Shown piece after piece: positions 12,862 to 25,330 of a stretch of 64,000 nt of DNA; position 1 is the first letter of the stretch; each line of letters starts with the position of its first letter. This DNA comes from the human T2T-CHM13v2.0 reference genome, Homo sapiens, in assembly GCF_009914755.1 (NCBI RefSeq), contig NC_060933.1. One strand, written 5' to 3'. The position numbers were made by a program, and so were the translations under genes. The notes under the pieces are model-generated. The model saw nothing but the letters and a program-made list of their open reading frames with translations. It was not told the origin of the DNA and did no database searches.

Positions 12862-13030
12862 AAAGAAAAGAAAAAAGAAAGAAAAGAAGAGAGGGAGGAA
12901 GGGAGGGAGGAAGGAAGGAAGGAAGGAAAAACAAAAGAAAGAAAGAAAGAGGGAAGGAAAGAAGGAAGGGAGAAAGAAAGAGAAGGAGAGAGGAGGGAGG
13001 GAGGAAGGAACCCAAACAAACAAAAAACAA
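12749..13030. repeat. (GAAA)n/(GGAA)n polypurine tract expanded from the Alu tail
   Basis: About 280 nt of nearly pure purine directly following the Alu. Confidence 0.95.
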
Positions 13031-13610
13031 GGACTTCACTTCCATTGTGGATCTTCCTCTGGGAACGATCTGGATCATGGGGTCCTGGGGGGCAGTAGGA
13101 CCTGTGGAGTGTGGCCAACTGGGGACCTAGGCAGCCCAGAGTCGTCCCTGACTCTCTGGGGACAGAGAGATACCCTGCCAGTTCCCTTCCTCTGAGGCAG
13201 CTCCAGGCCATCTTGGAGGGTGGGGTTTGGAGGCTGGAAAGGGAGGGTGGCTGAGGTGCCAGCTTCCCTTGTGCAGTCTGCCCAGTGGGCAGGGCTGGCC
13301 ACCAGCACGATCTGTGAGCATCCATTCCTAGTTTACTAAACATTCCTGATGGAACATTTCTCACATGGGCAAGGGGCCACCTGAGAGAATATTAGCACCT
13401 ACCTCTGCTTGGAAACAGAGACAAGCTCCTTGGGTCTGAATGAAAGGAAATCAGAGTTAAGGCCCTTTAAAGGGCTTAGGAACTGCCAAGAGGGGGGAAA
13501 GAACAGATCTGAAGGCTGTAAAAGTGAGTTTACATAAAAAGAAAAAAAGATATAAAATTATCAGGCAAGCAAAACAGTATTTTATTTGTGAATGAGAAAG
13601 TGTAATGTGG

Positions 13611-13740
13611 ACCAGGTATGGTGGCTCACGCCTGTAATCCCAGCACTTCGGGAGGCTGAGGCGGGAGGGTTGCTTGAGTCTGGGGAGTTCAAAGTCAGTC
13701 TGGGCAACACAAGATCTCCCTGTCTCTACGAAAGGAGAAA
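13611..13740 (+). mobile_element. Alu monomer (FLAM-like)
   Basis: gtggctcacgcctgtaatcccagcacttcgggaggctgaggcgggagg...ctgggcaacac; single arm only. Confidence 0.85.
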
Positions 13741-13749
13741 AGGAGAGCA

Positions 13750-15060
13750 CGTAGGTCACGGCCTCCCGCTTCCCTTTAGGCTTGGGGCAGGGGAGGGACT
13801 GGGGTCCCCACCCTGGTCTAGGAGGCCCAGCCGAGGAGGCCCCCCGGGGAGGGAGGCTGGCCCACAGCTGGCAGGCCTGACGCTCTCTGGCCTTGGCCTT
13901 GGGCCGCCTCTTCCGGAAAATGGGACGAGGGGAGGCACCAACAGGAACGGGGTAATGGGGCTGTTGCTGGCAGAGGGAGTAGGGGGGCCGGGCTGGTGAC
14001 GACATGGAGCAGGGACGAGGGAGCTGCTGGAAGCTGGTAATTAATAAATGAAATGCCCTGGGACTGCCGCCGAGCCGCCTCAGATGACATATCTGTCGCG
14101 GGCTCGGCAAACCATTAAATGACCATTTTCTGACAGAACGACTTCCCTGCCGCTGCGAGCTGCCAGGACTTGCCGGGACTCATTTTCTCTTCGCGCCCTC
14201 TTTTCTCGTCCATTCCCCCCACCGTGCCTCTGGCCCTTCCTGGACCGCCCCCTCCAGCGGCAACGCCTCTGCCCCCACTCCTGGGCCACCTGTCCTGCGT
14301 GCCTCTCTCCAGCTGTCTCTCCTCACTCTGTCTCTGTGTGTGCTTCTGCCTCTCTGTCTCTGTGTGTGTCTTTGACTGTCTCTCCCCGCTCCCTGTGTCT
14401 ATCTGGGAGTCTCTTCCTTCTGCCTTCCCAGTCTCTCGGTCTCTCTGTCTCCGTCTATCTCTGTGTGTCTCTGTCTCTCTCCTCCCGCTCTCACCCTGGT
14501 GTCTCTTCTCTCTTTCCTGGGCCTCTGACCCTCTCTTCTCCCAGGCTGCCCTCTCTCTCCCACCCCCTAGGCCTGGGCTCTCTCTCTTGCTCTCTCTCTC
14601 TCTCTGCTCTCCCCTCCCCCCCACCAGCCTTTCTGTGTCTGGCTCAGCCTCCCCCTCCCCGCGTCCCCCCTCCCCGGCTGCCTGACGGCTCCAGTTCATT
14701 TCTGCCTGTTTAATTGGGCCCCGGATGAGTTTGGTCGACAGGGCCATTCATCATGTGGCCGCGGCTGGCGGCGGAGCCCGGGGGAGCGGGGCTGACAGCT
14801 CCGCCAGGCTGGGATGCGGCCTGCGTCGGGAAGTTCACATATTTGGGCATTAGTGCAGCTATTAGTTTAACAAGCTTCGTTTATCCTTGTCACTACCACT
14901 TCAGCTTCCCATGTAATCATTTGAAATGTAGATTACAGCCAGACAAATGGGACAGCGCAGGACGCGCAGGGTGGAGGGAGTGACACGCAGCAGCTCGTTA
15001 GGGCCGCCTTCCCAGTCCCATCCCTTCCCAAGCAAGGCTTTGATTAGCTTAATATTCGCA
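13750..15060. promoter_or_regulatory. CpG-enriched candidate enhancer region (two motif-dense blocks around a CT tract)
   Basis: High GC/CpG relative to flanks; TAATTA 14038, CAGATG 14081, TGACAG 14131 and 14793, TAATTG 14711; activity is inferred, not shown. Confidence 0.5.
14290..14680. repeat. (CT)/(GT)-rich low-complexity pyrimidine tract
   Basis: Seen directly. Confidence 0.85.
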
Positions 15061-17596
15061 TGATTTCAGTGGGAAGCTCCTGTCACCTATGCCGGTGGAG
15101 GTGCCTGGGGTGCGTCCAGGTGAGGGTTCAGGTCCTGCCAGGGTGGGGTCTAGTGGATCCAAAGGTCCCCCCCAGCCCTGCAAGGAAACACGGGGGTGGC
15201 CAGGGCCTGCCCCGGGAATCCCTTCTGAAGGGGTCTTCCTTCCAGGACGAGGTGGCTCCAGCCCTTGGTTATCTCCTTTCTCCTCTCCCTGATCCCAGTA
15301 TGCTGCCTCTCTGTGTGACCTGAGCAAGATCTGGCCCTTTCTGGGCCTTGTGTCCGCGTCCGGAAAATGGGGGTTCAGATTCACTCGTGTGGGTTCACTT
15401 CCCCCATTCGGCTGGCGAGCTCACCATACCTTAGTTCCTCTGAAGGAGTCACCTGCCTCCTGCCGGATTTCTATTTCCCACGCTGTGGACCAAGGGCTCT
15501 TTTACAAATGTAAATCTGGCTGTGTCCAAAGGCCCTCTGGCCCTGAAGGTAAAGACAGAACCCCTTAGTGGGGCTTGGGGTGGGGCAGGGAGGGCTGCAG
15601 TCCTCCAGTGCCCCCTTCACAGCTTTCTCTCCCCGACCTCTCCTCTGTGAATGCACTTCAGCTCCCTGGTCCCCGGGCAGGGGGGACAGCTGTCAAATGC
15701 CCCCGCCCCCTACTCCTGATCTGGCTCTCCTCTAGGGGTTTGTACCTGCTGTTTCCTCTGCCAGAAACACCACTGTCCCTGCGTCGCTCCCCCAGCTCCT
15801 TTTCTCAGACATCTCTTTCCCGTCCTCCGGATTCTCAGTTTGGTTGTTCCTTCCTCTTGGCCCCTCCACCCAGCTCCTCTCCTCCTCTGCTGCTCAAAGC
15901 CCTGTGCCTCCCACAGTAGCACCTAACCCCTGACTGTAAACTCCATGAGGACAGCGCCTGCCTAGCATGGAAACGGACCCCTGGAAGCCTCCCAGCCAAG
16001 GCTTGTTAAAGGAATAGAGGAAGCGCGTGCCACGTCATGCTGCAGAAGCCTCGGCCACGGGGGCAGCCGTGCATCGACATTTCTCCCGGAGCATTTGCAC
16101 GACTCCCCAGCTCCTGTTTCCATCCCTGACAGGCACACAGCCCTGGGAGGATCAGGCTCCTCTGAGTCAGGGCCTCTCGGGAGAAAATGGTCGGCCCACT
16201 CAAAGAGTTTAAGGGAGGAGAGTTTAACGATGAGACAGCGTACCGTGGTGCAAACTGGCAGGGCCCAGGAAGCCACCGTGGGAGGGTGCAGCCCCAGCGG
16301 GGAGCTGCGACCACCCTGAGGCCTGAAGGACAAGGGGATGGAATGTTGTTGCCAGAACCCGGAGGAAGACCGGGAGCCGTGGAAGAGGGGCTGCAAGAGG
16401 ATGTAACTCCTGAAGGCAGCCACTGTCAGAACTGGGGTGAGGCAAGGAGGGAGTGGGGATAAATTATCCGCCTCTCACTCCCCTCTCTCCAGTCTTCTGC
16501 TGCCTCCCATTGGCTGGATCCATCCCACCAGAAGCTAGAGGGCAAGGGGGTCGGGGTGAGGTGGTCCGCAGAGATCAACCTCCTGAGCTGCAGAGCAGGG
16601 CTGAAGAGAGCCATGGAGCTGGTGGGGTTGGGGGCAGATGGAAAATACCCAGCACACCAGTCCCCTCAGAGGGAGGCCGTGACCTCTTCAGAAGAGCCAC
16701 GGAAAACATATCTCAGGACCAAATGGAGATGCGTCTACAGAGGGCTCTGATGGTGTGGACGCAATCACCACTGCCTTTTGTATTCGTCCCCTCACTGTCA
16801 CATCTCCCTGCCCAACCCAGCGGGGCAAGAGCAGTCCTGCACTCCGAGCTTCTTTTTTCACCTCTCCTCCTGCTGAGGAGTTTGTCTCTGTTTCCTTCCT
16901 GACACCTTCTGAATAATGACACCAGACCTTGAAACCAACGAGTCATGAATCAAAGTGGCTTCTTGCTATCATAAAAGAGATGTTCTAAACCCCAAACATA
17001 AAGATCGTTTTATCTTTATTAATAGTTTAATGCATCTGAGAAAGCTATTTGACATTTTTTACACCTCCAACTCTTTCCTTCATGCATTGCTGGTCAGATT
17101 ACACCAGGGTTCAGCCACTTACATCCACTTAATAACTGACTAAATTCTACACTGAATTTACATTGAGCTACAAGCTGATTCTAGGATACAGATGAATTTT
17201 CTAGTGGGAAAAAAAAACCCACCCAACACCCTGACTCCAAAGTTGTAAATCTGTTCTAATAATGAAAAAGGAATTAGTCAATCTATTGGGATTGATGTCG
17301 TGTTTAACGACACTTGGTGAGGAGGACTCTGCCGCACAGAGTGAAGGGATGGGCCTCGATCAATAATTGGGAGTGAGACATTTTCTTCACCTACATAATT
17401 AAAACACCACACGTGGAAACACACATGTGAAAGTAATTGAAAACACATGGAATTTGGGGCATGGAGAACAATTTGACCCTTCCCAACTGCTGGCAGGCCC
17501 GGCACACGTGCGTGCATGACATTGTGAAGAGAGAGGCTTGGTCATTGATGACATCTGAATTAGAATAACACCTAATTGGCTGATTTTTCTATTGTA

Positions 17597-17597
<1 letters not shown>

Positions 17598-17634
<37 letters not shown>
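17598..17634. repeat. (CA)~18 microsatellite
   Basis: Seen directly. Confidence 0.97.
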
Positions 17635-17638
<4 letters not shown>

Positions 17639-19102
17639 CCACCACCATCACATCACAAACATGTATCCAATACATAGCACTATACTTAACATGTTCATGT
17701 CCACACACTGTAGCCCAGTGCCCCCTACACAAACATGTAACCCCACAGCCTGCACACACACTTTCACGTGTTTTCTCAATAAGAGAGGCACACGCACGGG
17801 CCCATATGATGCTCACACATACTTTCAAGCAAGACTTAGTGGGAAAAAGGGAAAAATGTGTTCTCTGCCTCTCCCCAACTTCCCAGAAAGAAAAAAAAAA
17901 TCATAACTGTCAGAAATGTGATAGGACTGTCAAAGACATATGGAAGAAACCCAAACAAACCATGGAAGTTGTGAAACATAAATCCCAATTCTATTTGTTC
18001 TACGACAGTGTATAAACCACACATTTTTCATCAAGATAGAAAATTAAAACCCTCGCCAGGCTCAGCATTGCTGGGGAAGTTGGATAGAAACCCTAGTGTC
18101 CTGGCAGAAGGAGAAGCAGCTGCTGGCTGGCCTGGGACTGAAAGATGCTTCTGAACCGTGGACTGGACCACAGAGTTTAGCTGCCTCCCTGTCTCTACAT
18201 TTTAGTACTGCTGTGATTGTGTCCACACACCCACAACTGTGATTAGCCAAACATCCCATGGGCATATTCCCTATTTTGAAAGTCCCTTGATAAAGCATAG
18301 GTTCAGCTTCTGGCGAGCTCCCGAGCAGCCTTAATGTCCACGTGGCTCCTGAACTGTGTCTTCTACTCTCCCAAGCCCATAGCTTGGAGTTCTTTTTCCC
18401 CACTGAAGCTCACCTGATTCACTTCAGACCTCCAAGTAGCCTGGCAGCCCCTCCAGAGCCTTACTTAATTCTGATGGGCTTAACTCCTTTCTCACAAGAA
18501 ATTCTCCCTAATAACTACCAAATATTAATTAAAACCAGTTAATTCCAGTCCCTAGAGAATTAGATAATGCTACTGTTTTCTATTCAGAGAAGAGTCTATT
18601 TTCCCCTACTTTTGGCTTTTCTTTCCCTAAGCCAGTGTGTTAATCATGAGGAAATGTCCCAAGACTTCTTGAAAAATTCTGTGTTTTTAGTGGATTTCCT
18701 GGGGAATGTCTCCAAAGCCATTTGAAGACTAAACAATAACATCTTTTGGTTTATTCTCATTCAGACATCATTCTTCCTCAAAGCCTCGCGGATCAGGGAG
18801 GCAGACTTCTCTTTGCAGAAGCCACACTCCTTCCTCCATAGTTTGGACCTTATGAACCCGCAAGTTACCATTTTTAATAGTTCCCCTTTGGAAAACTTCT
18901 GTTGACAGGCAGTCTGCTGTATTTTACTTTCTGCCTAGTCTTTGGGTAGATGCTAGTGTTCACTGAGACCTAGCTCTTTGGCTCAGCAGAATAATGTGCC
19001 TGGGGGCTTCAGACGGCCCTTTGAGGGATGAGGGTCACCACAGGGAAGGCCAGCTCCAAGGGGCCCTTGGTGTCTTTGAACTCTCGCCTTTGACTTTCAG
19101 GC

Positions 19103-19163
19103 TTCATAATGAATGCTTGGTCCCTTGACTATGAGTCATTTAGAACCACACACTCATTGAGAT
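19103..19163 (-). ncRNA. MIR4475: pre-miR-4475 hairpin (mature at 19106-19127)
   Basis: Reverse complement AUCUCAAUGAGUGUGUGGUUCUAAAUGACUCAUAGUCAAGGGACCAAGCAUUCAUUAUGAA folds into a stem-loop and contains CAAGGGACCAAGCAUUCAUUAU, the miR-4475 sequence as I recall it; position downstream of PAX5 is as expected. Confidence 0.85.
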
Positions 19164-19499
19164 TTTGAGATGGAAGGACTGGAAGTCATGTGGTTCAAAC
19201 TCATATCTCCGGCCCCGTTGCTCAGATGGAAAGACTGAGTCCTGGGTGAGGGCCTTCTGATATAGGTATGAGAGTAAACAAGCAAGGTGATAATAGTTCT
19301 CTCTAGGGCTCGAGGCCGGTGGTCTTAGCTGGTCCCTTGTGAGTTTTTGAAGCAGATCTGGGTCCTCTGTTATCTCCACACAAGTCCCTCCTTCTGCCAT
19401 CTCCCTTTAATTCAACAAATATTTATTCGATAACAATTGGTTGAATAAATGAAGAAATGTGTCTCTACTCTGACCAACTGGGCAATGGAGATAGAACAG

Positions 19500-19970
19500 A
19501 AACTGCTACTCACAATCCAATATCCAGTCTCTCCTTTTCCCGGAATAACAGAATTTGTAGCTGGACAAACAGGGCCGCTCAGAGTAGAGATCCCCTTCCC
19601 CAGCCTTCCTTGCTGACAGATGTGGCCTTAGTATGTGCTTCTGGTCCATGACATACATGCAGAAGTGCCAGGTGCCAGCCTCCTGGAACCTTACTCAGAG
19701 ACAGCAGGTTCTCTTTCCTTTGTCTCCTCTGTCTTGCTGTCTGGAATTCTGATGCTGCCATCTTGGGCCTTGGGGCTGAGGGACACAGCCTCAGGAGGGC
19801 CACAGATGACTGAGTCTGGTCCGTGTGGGCCTCCTCGGCCAAGTTGCTGTATCAGCCATGGATCGCTGGCCTCCAGACTCTGAATGTGAGAGAAGACAAT
19901 CTGTCCTGTTTTAGCCACTGCTGTTCTGGATTTTTCAGTCGTTCATAGCTGATCTAATTCTGACTACTAC
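19500..19970 (+). mobile_element. MLT1-type (MaLR) LTR
   Basis: cccttcccagccttccttgc...gatgtggcc...tgtgagagaagacaatctgtcctgttttagccactg pattern. Confidence 0.6.
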
Positions 19971-20199
19971 AGGCAGTAAAATAAATATTTAACATGGATT
20001 TGAAAAAAAATACTATTCTTTCTAGCTTTGCCAAGAAAAAGTTGGACTTCCTCAAAATGAAATTTTACAAAGAAACGAGACTCTGAGAATATTTTAAATG
20101 AAGAGATATGTGTATATACACACATACCCGCAATATCTCTATGTATATGCATATATAACATATGCATAAATTATCTCTGGAAGAATACACAGCGACTAG

Positions 20200-20573
<374 letters not shown>

Positions 20574-21459
20574 CCTGTTTGAATTTTTTAACTGTGTGTG
20601 TGTGTGTATGATCTTTTTTTAAAAACACCAAAACTTAATACCAAAATGAAAACCCACTGTACACATAGAGGCCCCCAGTCCAGTCTCTATCAGATGAGAC
20701 TTTTTGGTGTTGCCAAGTAAACATCCAGTTCCGGCTTGGGCTTCTTAGCGACAGGGTGCTCACCTCCTCCCCAGACAGCTTGATCTGAACCCATTTCCTC
20801 ATCTGGGGAACATACAGACGCTCCTTGCAGGACGGTGGCAAGAGCACATCCTACCTGCTCAGGAAAGGTGCTGGTTACCAGTGACACACCACTGTTCCCG
20901 TGCGGTGCACTAGAGCTTGTCATTCCCACCAGACCCACAGTGTCTACCTCCTGAGATACTGCTCATAGACTCACAGATCTGCTGTACGGCTATGGATTTG
21001 CTCCCCCGCCCCACCACATGGGGCACTCCCTGAGGGCAGGGACCATGCCTGTTCCTCTTTGTCCCTGGGGTCCCTGTGCCTATCCGAGACCCTGGCATGG
21101 AACAGATATCCAGGAGTGTTTACTGTCTGAAAGAAGGAGAAGACAGCCAGCAATTCATTCTAAAATGCAGATGTTGACAGCAGTTTCAAGTCATCCCAGT
21201 TGATCCATGATTTTTACTGGAATTTTAGTTTTTCCTGGATTCGACTTCCAGCCGCATCAGAGCTGCCTAGGTGAGACGCAGCAGGAAAAGAGCCTTGGAG
21301 ACTCTGCCTGGAGGTGTCACCAGCCGGTGCCTTTCTTGTGAAGGGTAAGAAAATGCCCTCCCATCTCCACTGAGCCTTCACTACCTGCTGCAGGGCCCAG
21401 GTGCTGGGAGTTTGTGGGCTGAATGGGCAGCAGCGACTCTTGGGGACCCTCCACCTGGG

Positions 21460-21630
21460 GTCACACACAGCCTGGCTTCAAGTCTTGGCCACGGCTTACC
21501 AGCTGTGTGACCTGGGGTGAGATAGCTGGGCTTTTCAGCCTGAGTCTCTCCACCCATAAAAGTGAGGATGGTAATAATTGTCAGGACCTCATAGTGTTAT
21601 TGTAAGGAGTAAGTGAGAGCCTGCATGTGA
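21460..21630 (+). mobile_element. MIR SINE remnant
   Basis: ttcaagtcttggccacggcttaccagctgtgtgacctgggg...ataaaagtgaggatggtaata. Confidence 0.65.
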
Positions 21631-21957
21631 AGTCCATTTTATAAAGGGGTCTTAATTCTTTGGCGTGTAAATATGACATGAGTTAATTCCCCCCTCCCCC
21701 CCCCACCCCCAGCTGTGCTACATGGAACTATCCTCCTTCTCGCATTTCTGGTAGGGTGGTGGCACCTTTATTGACATCTTGGTCAGATTCCAGAACATTC
21801 GAATAACTTTCAGTTATTAGAACAGTTTCGTTTTGGTATTTAACATTCTGTCCTGTTCTTTTTGAAATTTCAATCTCAAACATAATCCGACGCCGGAGTT
21901 CTCTGCCATCACCCGGGGCCGACCGGCCCCTGCTGTGGCTCTGGCAGCCTGTGGAGA

Positions 21958-22410
21958 AACTACATTGGTTTTCTGCTGCTCCATAACAAGTTACCAGAAA
22001 CCCAGTGGCTGAAGATAACATGCGTTGATTATTTCAGCTTCTGTGGGGTAGGAGTTGGGGTGTGACTTATCTGGGTCCTCTCCCTGGGGTCTTACAAGGC
22101 TGCATCAAGGTGCCAGCTGGGGCTGTCATCTCACTTAAGGCTAGGGTCCTCTTCCACATTCCCTGGGTGTTGACAGAACTTGGGTCCTTGCGGTTAGACA
22201 GCCGAAGCCCTCAGCTCCTAGGGGGCTGCCCACCAATCCCTGCTGGGTGGTCCTCTCCACAGCCTGACCCTCTGCTTCTTCAAGGCCAAAGGGAAGGCAT
22301 CTGTTTCTCTGACTGCTAGACCTTCTTTTAAAGAGATCACCTGATTAGGTCAGGCCCACTCAGGATCGTTTCCCTTTTGACTGACTTAAACTCAGCTGAC
22401 TGGGGGCTGT
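21958..22410 (-). mobile_element. MLT1-type LTR (antisense)
   Basis: ttttctgctgctccataacaagttaccagaaacccagtggctgaa...acaaggctgcatcaaggtgccagctggggctg...cacctgattaggtcaggcccac. Confidence 0.7.
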
Positions 22411-23499
22411 CATGATGTCTGTAGGATGTGTTGTCTTTATTCTCATTTGGTAATCCCATGTGCCTCCCCTCTTTGACCCCTGCAGGCAGGTCCTGGATGG
22501 TGGGAGACGTGGCTCTGTTCCTTCTGTTCCTTCTCCCAACCCTCATCAAAGACCATCCACCGCACAGCTTCCAGATGTTCCCGCTCCAGGGAGAGGGTTT
22601 TGGGGTGGGGTTCCCACTGGGCAGTGGGAGGGTGGCTCTCATCAATGGTGTCCCACAGCTCACAAGGCACATGCATATCTTTACCCATTCTCCTTTCCCC
22701 TGTTTCAGGAAATGTAAGGGCAGGTTACCAAATCTGTTGGCCAAGCAGATGCCCATACAGAAGGTGAAATCTCAGGCTCCCCTTTTTGAAGGTACCTCCA
22801 AACTTCCCAGGGAGTCTCTTAAAGCCGTTGACCCCTGGCTTTGGGCAGAGGAAACAGCAGCCCTGCCCACTAGCCTCTCTCCTGAATCTGCATCTTCCTC
22901 AAGCTGACTGTCTCTTCCTCTCTCAGTCTTTACTTATGTGGTGATGGTGGTGGTGGGGTGAGTAGGGGGTGTTATTGAGTGGTCAAGTTCATTCTCTGAA
23001 TTGTCACCTCCCCACCCTGCAGGAGGTGACTGGACCCAACTATTGGAGGATCTGTGAAATTACAGTTTTCAGCTTTGGCCTTGGCTGTGCAATTCTGGGA
23101 CAATGGGAAAATTTTCACTAAGCATCAGTGCCTGGCAGATAGTTATAGTTAGTGCTCAGTAAATGCTAACTGACATTCTTGCTCACAACTCAACCCAAAT
23201 AGTCCTATGTTTAGAAGCAAGGCAGAAGATCAGAGTAGACCAAGAGCAGGGCTGAGGACGACAAGCCCTGGGACTCCCTTCAGTTCTTCCAGGCCAGGAA
23301 TGTGCTTGTTCTCCAAGCCCGGGTTCAGCGTGAGTTCACGCGAGAGCAGGACAAAGGTGAGGAGCAGGGGGCTGAGCTGGGTCAGGCACATGCATGCCAT
23401 TGTTTTGCATCAACTTATTCTGCCTTCCACTGCCCCAGAGTTGGTAGAAAAGAACTGAGCAAAGCTGGGGTTGAAATTCTGGAATTCATGAGTGTCATG

Positions 23500-23985
23500 A
23501 AAATACTGCTTGGCTAGCTGTCCCACAGACCCATGTCCTCTTCTTCCTCAGCACAGAACTAGACTGCATTTCTCAGCCTCCTTGCAGTTGGGTAGGGCCA
23601 CAGGACTGGGTTCTGGTCACTAGAATGTGAATGGAAATGATATCTACCACTTCAGCCCTGCCCATGAACACTCTCCAGTGGCTGATCCTCCGTGCTCTCC
23701 TTTTTTGCAGGCCTGATGCAGACAAACGAGGTAAACTTGGAAGCCATAAGGTTGAAGACGGCGGAGCTAAAACAAGAAAGGAGGCTGGATCCCTGAGTCA
23801 CCTTGTGGAAGGCTGCCTGCCTACCAGGAATGCTACATTTAACATGGGGTATGACTTATGTGGGTCCTCTCCTTGGGTCTCACAAGGCTGACATGTGAGT
23901 GAGAAACAGATTTTTATTGTGTTAAGACATTGAAGGTATGGGATATGTTTCTTACATCAGTTGATATCGCCTTAACCAATATACC
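23500..23985 (+). mobile_element. MLT1-type LTR carrying a 46-bp templated insertion
   Basis: tagactgcatttctcagcctccttgcagttggg...ggatccctgagtcaccttgtggaagg...tgtgagtgagaaacagatttttattgtgttaag. Confidence 0.7.
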
Positions 23986-24641
23986 AGTTTGCACTGTGAA
24001 TGAGAAAATGAGTCTGCATCCACAATGTCCATGCTTTAAGAGCTTCTAGGAGTTTTAGGAGTTTATTTGCCATGCTCTATAAAGTCTGCACAATGTTTTA
24101 ATTCCACTTCACAGAAAGGTTTTCTTTCCAAACCCTCTTCAGGGGCCTTCCCTATTAAAAAAGCCCATTTATAGAAACTACTACTTAGCATTTTTGGAAC
24201 TTGTTATCCTATTCAGCAGAGTCTAAGTCAGGAGGCTTTGAACTCGGACAATTACTGCTCTTGATTAACAACAAGAACTGATGAGTTGGCCTTTCTAGTG
24301 TGCTAAGCAAACTCAGCCAAGCAGAAAATATCACTGAAGGGGAAACAACGGGAAGTGATTTTCTTGGTTGCATTATGCGCCGTCGCGATATTTACACATG
24401 TTTGTGGATAATGTGGGAACCTCTGCTGCTTGCATGCCCTTCCAGATGACACCACTGGGCTTGAAACGCCATGTTTCCCACCTGACCTGGGCTGTAAATG
24501 TCATCCTGTGACTGCAGGCAGCCAGCCCCAGGGAAAAACCACAGCACTGGGAGTGGTCAGGCCCCTTGCAGGATCCCCACTCCAACCCTTTCAAGTTCTA
24601 GCCCCTCCAGGTACCCTGGGGCCAGCACCTAGGCCTAGAGA

Positions 24642-24780
24642 TTTGTTTGTTTGTTTGTTTTTTAGAGATAGGGTCTTGCTATGTTGCCCTGGCTGATCTG
24701 AAACTCTGGGCCTCAAGCAGTCCACTCACCTTAGCCTCCTGAGTAGCTGGGATCACAGGCATGAACCACCCAACCCAGCT
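24642..24780 (-). mobile_element. Alu monomer (FLAM-like), antisense
   Basis: tagagatagggtcttgctatgttgccctggctg...ctcaagcagtcc...gagtagctgggatcacaggcatgaaccac. Confidence 0.85.
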
Positions 24781-24869
24781 GGGGTTAGAGAGTAACAGCA
24801 GCCTTGGCCTCATATTGTAAGACAGCTCAGTGGCCGGATAGATGGGTGTTCATTTCTTCTCGCCCTCGC

Positions 24870-25330
24870 CAGCACTAGGTGTTTTTAAAAAATGATTTTT
24901 GTGAAGTCAAATAGTGTTTTCAGTGTCGGATTGAACATTGTGCTCATTTATGAGTGTTCTGTGGATACCTTTACCCATGTCTCTATTGAGGGTGGTAGGA
25001 TTTTTCATAAAATTGCATGCACATTTTTCATGTATTAAAGGCATTATGCCTTTTCACATTCTTTAGATTTTTCCAACTTCTTTATCTTTGTATTTTGTTA
25101 AATGTTTTTGGATACATAAAACTAAAAAAAGAAAATCATAAGATTAAATATTTCAATCTTGTCCTTTGAGACTTTTCCATCTTTTTAAGCTTATAAAGTC
25201 ATATTTCATATGGAAGTTTGAAATATATTCATCTATAACCCCATTCATTCTATTTAAAACTTTTTAAAGAAACTCTTGGCTCCACTAGGAATTTTTTTGG
25301 ATGGAAGGTATGAGGTAAGGATCTTCCTGG
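24870..25330 (-). mobile_element. Highly decayed L1M fragment
   Basis: AT-rich, T-biased tract ending ggtatgaggtaaggatc, typical of antisense L1ME remnants. Confidence 0.45.

Noticed and set aside
12602-13364. Long K/E/R-rich and F/L/S-rich ORFs (up to 205 aa)
   Set aside because: Translations of an Alu plus the (GAAA)n tract, which lacks stop codons by composition.
13457-14747. ORFs of 171-217 aa on both strands
   Set aside because: They derive from an Alu monomer, GC-rich sequence and the CT tract; low complexity with no recognisable domain.
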